Shown here in pieces: positions 57,926-64,000 of a DNA stretch of 64,000 nt. The notes under the pieces are model-generated. The model made no database searches. It worked only from the letters and a program-made list of their open reading frames with translations, and had not been told where the DNA came from. How positions within the stretch are numbered: position 1 is the first letter of the stretch; each line of letters begins with the position of its first letter. Location of the stretch: the NCBI GenBank assembly GCA_951406725.2, contig OX597819.1, forward strand, positions 63,550,001 through 63,614,000, given 5' to 3'. This DNA comes from Octopus vulgaris. Its lineage: Eukaryota. The translations under genes were made by a program, and so were the position numbers.

Positions 57926-59459
57926 TTCTGCATATGTTTCACCGACTCCAGAGGCGCCTTTCTAGCCTCTGAACAATAAGAAAATACTTTCGCGAAGGAA
58001 AATCCTTCCTCTTGCTTAAGTCCAATATTGGGATCATTCTTTATGCTCTTGTTGGGTGCCGCTCTAATCAAAAGAGTGTCTACCGTTATGTATTTTTCTA
58101 TACGTGGTGTGTGACAACATCCCTTAGTAAAGGATTCTGTTAAAGTTTCCTATTATGGAGTTAATGTTGATTTGGCGCGAGTTGTCTACACTGTAGGTGC
58201 ATAACGTACGGCTAATGAAGCTTAGCGAACAATGAAACGGCGCGTGACCAGACTATATGAGGAAGAGGTGGAAATTATATATGTAGATAGATGCGGTGAA
58301 AATGAGGGAAGTGAGTTGGGGGAAGAATCAGAGTATGGGAATATTACACTTGACAAGGTTTGAGGGAAAAGTACTCCCTGAAGCCATTGTAAAATGGTGC
58401 GAGTTGATAGGAAAATACCAGTAGATGAACGGCGGGTGGAGTTTGCGATTGTGATGGATTGATGATACGAAAACGTTGCTTTTACTAAACACGAGAGAAC
58501 GTAGTAGAATGACATAAAAATTGTAGGTCTCCGCAAACGTGGTCACTGAACAAGAAAAAAGAAAAAGACAAAGAGAGAACGAGTCAGACAAAAATGCTTA
58601 ATTTGTAATGAAAATAATATTTAAGAGAGCTAACTTAATACAACTGGTTCTTTTTTTTTATATTCTAAAATCTCACAATAGCTTGTCAGTGACTCAAATA
58701 CTTTCCGGATATTTTCCGCGTCGTTCTACACACGCAATAGTTGAAACCACTGTAACAGATCTGTATGACGATACCCATAACGAAACATCCACATGTTTAT
58801 GTCTCGATCATAGTGTGTGATTCGAACGTGCTACAAGTAGCACTGTGCAAATAACAAGCGCTCTGTGATCTAATACTTATGTTAAATTCTCTATGTCCGT
58901 TATAAAATGTGGTTTACAATTAATCATTTCTGAGAATGAAGACAACCCGATTTTACTGAAAACAATTGCCTAAGTCTAATATAATTAATTAGTTATCTAT
59001 CATCATGAGAAAATGAAAAACGATATGGCAAACACCTGTTTGTAGATATAGGAAATTAATGAACAATAAGTGGGGTTAATGCAATTTTGCACCTTTCCTT
59101 GAAAAATGCATTATCATGAAAAGTTTTTTTTTTCGCATTATTAGGTTTTAGATGTCGGCGATTACGAATATGCAAAAACAAACATTAAAACAATTAATTT
59201 CACCCCCACCCATCTAAATTTTTGATTTTGTTTACTTTAAAGAGGTCGTAGCGAATTGACGAACATGCAAATCGAAATTATTTGTATTTGCCTTAATCGT
59301 AAATAATAATTTAATGTAAATTACATATGCACCATCTTATAAGAAACAAGCATTAATATTTAATAATTAATTCTATAAAGTTTAATAAGGGCTCAAATTA
59401 CACCCCATCCTCCAATTTTAAATTTTGACTTTTTTCATACATTTATTTATCTGTCTATC

Positions 59460-59870
59460 TTATTTCTTTATTGCCCACAAGGGGCTAAAGACAGAGAGGA
59501 CAAACAAGAACAGACAAACGGATTAAGTCGACACCAGTGCATAACTAGGACTCATTTAATCGACCCCAAAATGATGAAAGGCAAATTCGACCTCGGCGGA
59601 ATTTGAACACAGAACGTAAAGACAGACGAAATACCTATTTCTTTACTACCCACAAGGGGCTACACACAGAGGAGACAAACAAGGACAGACAAACAGATTA
59701 AGTCGAATATGTCGACCCCAGTGCGTAACTGGTACTTATTTAATCGACCCCGAAAGGATGAAAGGCAAAGTCGACCTCGGCGGAATTTGAATTCAGAATG
59801 TAGCGGCAGACGAAATACCGCTAAGCTTTTTGCCCGGCGTGCTAACGTTTTTTTGCCAGATCACCGCCTT
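59460..59870 (-). mobile_element. Dimeric SINE family 1
   Basis: Same junction gacgaaatac|ctatttctttact as the trimer at 8078. Confidence 0.85.
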
Positions 59871-60423
59871 ACAGAGATGAGATATATGGTGTATATATAG
59901 TGTATGTTATAACCAACATATTGTACAAGAAGTGATATGATTTTTAAAAATATTTCCTGCTGTATTACTTTGACTCCCACGCTAACACTGAACATGTAGC
60001 ATAATGTCCAATGCAATATTTTTAGCTTTTGACCAGAGGTCAATTTTTTACTTAAAATGTACGCAGTATCAGGTCAATAATATGTGACATCCTACTTATT
60101 CAATCACTATTTTCACTACATGTCTTTAAGTTAGAGGTTTTCTGCGTCGACCAAATAATAAATATCAAAATAACAATTGAAGAAAGTGTGGTATATTTCC
60201 CAGAAAAATTACTTGGAGATATATAACTGAAGGAACTAAACTTGAACGTGGCACATCTGACATGGTATGTGTCATCTTAAAGAAACTAAAATTAAAAGTT
60301 CTATCTGAAATCTGAAAATATTACAGAATGGGTATAAAACAACTACGTGATGTTAGAATGTATGCTATCAATGGGTAATTACACGGTTGTCGTGATGTTT
60401 CAATGAAAGAAAATTATCTGAAA

Positions 60424-60454
<31 letters not shown>

Positions 60455-61544
60455 CGAATATAAAATGAAGTTAAACTTTGCAAAAACAGTAGCAAAATGT
60501 GTTTCAGGCATTATTTTTTGAGGCAAGGGGAAAAAAATAGCAGGTGACAATGAAATTCGTTGAAAGATGGCGTAATGAGGTTAATAGAAATCCTTGTTAT
60601 ATCTGTGTAAGGACACGCAAAAACAAGAAATCTCATTGAAACAAAAATAATTGACAGCAACATAGCAATTGGTCGGATGTATAGCAAATAAATAGTGTGG
60701 GAATGTAACAACATGGAGCAACAAACTTGTTAATATATCGAAAAATATATGACACTATAAGAAGGAAAGATACACTAGGGCTTAGTGGAAAATGTTGATT
60801 CAAAATAAAAGAAAAATGGAAACAATACCAGTCAGAAGTTGTTATTCAAAATTGCTACAGAATAATCCTGAGGGATTCTCAGTGCCAACAGATCACGTGA
60901 TGAGATAATGGAGACCAAGTGAATTCATGACAGAAATGATATTACTTTTGCGGTATATTACAACAACAAGTACAGTGATGCAAAATACGAGAAAAGTATT
61001 GGAAGACTTTACTCTTCACCACAGAAAATTGAAATATCTGTATAATATGAGAGAAAGTGGTCTTCATCGTTATAAGTCTTTTGCCATAAAACGCTAAGTG
61101 AATGAGAAAATTGAAATAGACACATGCTAGCGGTGTTTTAAAAACAAAACGAAAACCTATTATGTGGTGTTCTGCAATCATTCTTTGCAAAATAATTAGG
61201 TTTTTGCGTCCCTTTGTCACTACATATTAGATAGAATAACAACTACAAGAAACAACAAGAACAATGGTTTTTCAAGTTGCGGTATTAGGTCAGTTGATTT
61301 AGAAGGAAGCGGGTTGGTTAATCAATTAAACTAATCCCAGTATAAAACTGGTACTAAAACATATCGACCCTGGAAGTATGGATGGCAAAATTAATCTGAG
61401 TCGCATTTGAAGGCACAAAGTAACTAGTTAAAAGAACTGGCAATAAATTATTTTGTCCGACGCAATAACAATCTACCAGCTCACTGACCGCCCCCCTTCC
61501 CAGACTCTGCCACCCCCTCCTCGTCCTGCTGCTGCTACAACTAC

Positions 61545-61777
61545 TCATCATCATCATCATTATCATCATCATCATCATCACCATCACCACCACCATCACC
61601 TCCACCACCACCACCACCACCACTACCATCATCACCATCATCATCATTATTATTATTGAGTGAGAGAGCAGTGCATGCAATCAAAGTGACACGGGGGAAA
61701 ATACGAAGCCCAATATGCACATGACTACGCCATGATAACCACACAGCAGGCACTTGCATCACATCGGGTACGTGCAT

Positions 61778-61842
<65 letters not shown>
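61545..61842. repeat. (CAT/CAC)n and (TTA)n repeats
   Basis: Directly visible. Confidence 0.85.
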
Positions 61843-61844
<2 letters not shown>

Positions 61845-61913
61845 GACAGCTAGCTGGTAGAATCGTTACCGCACCGGGCAAAATTCTGTATGTACATATA
61901 AATATATGCATAT

Positions 61914-61968
<55 letters not shown>

Positions 61969-62000
61969 CGCGTGTGTGTGTGTGTGTGTGTATATATATG

Positions 62001-62033
<33 letters not shown>

Positions 62034-62421
62034 GTATAAATTATATATATATATATATATATAATTTAGCGCGCCAAAACGATGACATTTGAAATAGTAT
62101 CCACGAATGTAATGGGTAGAACTGTTTTCAAGTCTGACTTTGTGCGGGCGTCCTAGTATGCAGTCCTGCAAATTATATTCATCTGGACGGTCACTCCGAT
62201 GATCTACACTCATTTGCGTAAGTAAAATCACGTAATATGTTAATAGAGAGACATGTATGTGAATAATCCATATTTTTATTGCTTTTTCTTTTGTCTTGCT
62301 CAATTACGTTTTGGTTGTTTTGCTAAACTTTTCTTGAGAACATTTCTTAGTGGTAAGACCATAGCAGATCTATTTCTAGCATAAGGGTGTCCACATTGTG
62401 GTTTCCCTCTAAATTGTATAT

Positions 62422-62492
<71 letters not shown>

Positions 62493-62786
62493 CACACAGG
62501 ATGCGATGGGTAACTTGTCTCTATTTAACATTTTCGATATTGCGTATGCACATTTTTTTGTTTTTGAATTTCCCGACCACACAGAATAGTATGATACGTT
62601 GGGCATCGTAAGGTCAGTTGAATTCTGAAGTCGTTTGGAGGTTGACGCCAATAGCAATTTTATTGAATTAAGTTACCCTTTCGTATTTCAAGATATTTTA
62701 ATGTAATTTTGGTAAGCATATCTATTTAAATGAGATGTTAGTTTTATTTTCATTTACGCACAATTCAGACGACAGATTATTCACCG

Positions 62787-62887
<101 letters not shown>

Positions 62888-62916
62888 GTATATATATATA
62901 TATAGAGAGAGATATA

Positions 62917-62954
<38 letters not shown>

Positions 62955-64000
62955 GCATATATATGTACATATGTGTGTGTGTGTGTGTGTGTGTATGTGT
63001 TACATTAGCTTAAAAACACAGTACTTGCGATAAAACAGCGCAGTACAGAGAGAGACGACTGCTTTCATTTTCATAATATTATTTGATAAAGAATTCATAT
63101 TTTATATAGGTTAAAAAATATATTCTACGTTTTATCTCCCTTTAATATAATATCTTATCCACCGGAACATTTCATCTTTGAAGTCTTTGTATAAATACAG
63201 AAATATAACATGGAATTTAAATGGATATTTCTCTTCATTCAAATTATTATTATTTTCTGTATACTTCGTCATACATACATACATACATACATACATATGC
63301 TTTTATATGAATATATAGATAGACGTACTTTAATTTTAAAATCAAACATAAAACTTCTAAGGGAAGTATTGCATTACAAATACGCATATACTGATATAAT
63401 TGTCTATCTGTGTACGTCTCTGCGCATTTTATATATATGTACACACTGCTTTCTAATGAAATGCCAGATTTCATGAGGTTCAGTTATTTTCTTTGAAGTG
63501 AGAACATTTTATCAAGAAAAAATATAAACGTACTTGCAAGTAATGATAAAAGACTTCATTTTTCAGTTTACTTCTAATAAAATGTTTTAAAGCCAAGCTA
63601 CTGTTTGTCATATTCTATAAAATATAAAATTTATATAATTCTTTGTTGCAAGGTCGAGATTTCTTAGATGTGGATAAGAATGCCCCACTGAATTACTGGT
63701 ATTATTTTCATGATTCGGAAATTAACTGATGATATTCTCTGTGTTGTTCTCTTGTTTATAGTAACCAATCTGCTTTACTTTATTATATACTTTCATTTTA
63801 GAATCTATATTTGCATCATTTCTCTATACTTTAAAGTTCTTGTCATTAAACACACAATCACATATATACATATTTATACATGCACCTACATACGCTAACA
63901 TATTAACATGAATTATACTTACTTTTTAAACTTTTCTAACCGACTTTCAAATATTGGCTTAACCACACTGAACTATATTACAATATTATATGCCTTGTGT

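Overview
AT-rich, microsatellite-dense eukaryotic DNA with no host protein-coding exon I can support. The tRNA-derived SINE families resemble those of coleoid cephalopods, probably Octopus; this is from recall, not a search. The window is almost entirely mobile-element debris: a Penelope-like element (PLE) with an open RT + GIY-YIG ORF and inverted terminal repeats, a CR1-type LINE, RTE and L1/Tx1 fragments, two mariners, a Tc1, a Chapaev3-like transposon, piggyBac/hAT MITEs and many SINEs. The main theme is minimal hammerhead ribozyme (HHR) motifs in several unrelated short elements. One element joins a tRNA-derived Pol III head to an HHR-bearing PLE-type tail, making it a candidate Penelope-mobilised ribozyme SINE. 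An exact 61-bp inverted repeat whose copies lie 10 kb apart in unique sequence is unexplained, and there are several long fold-back structures.
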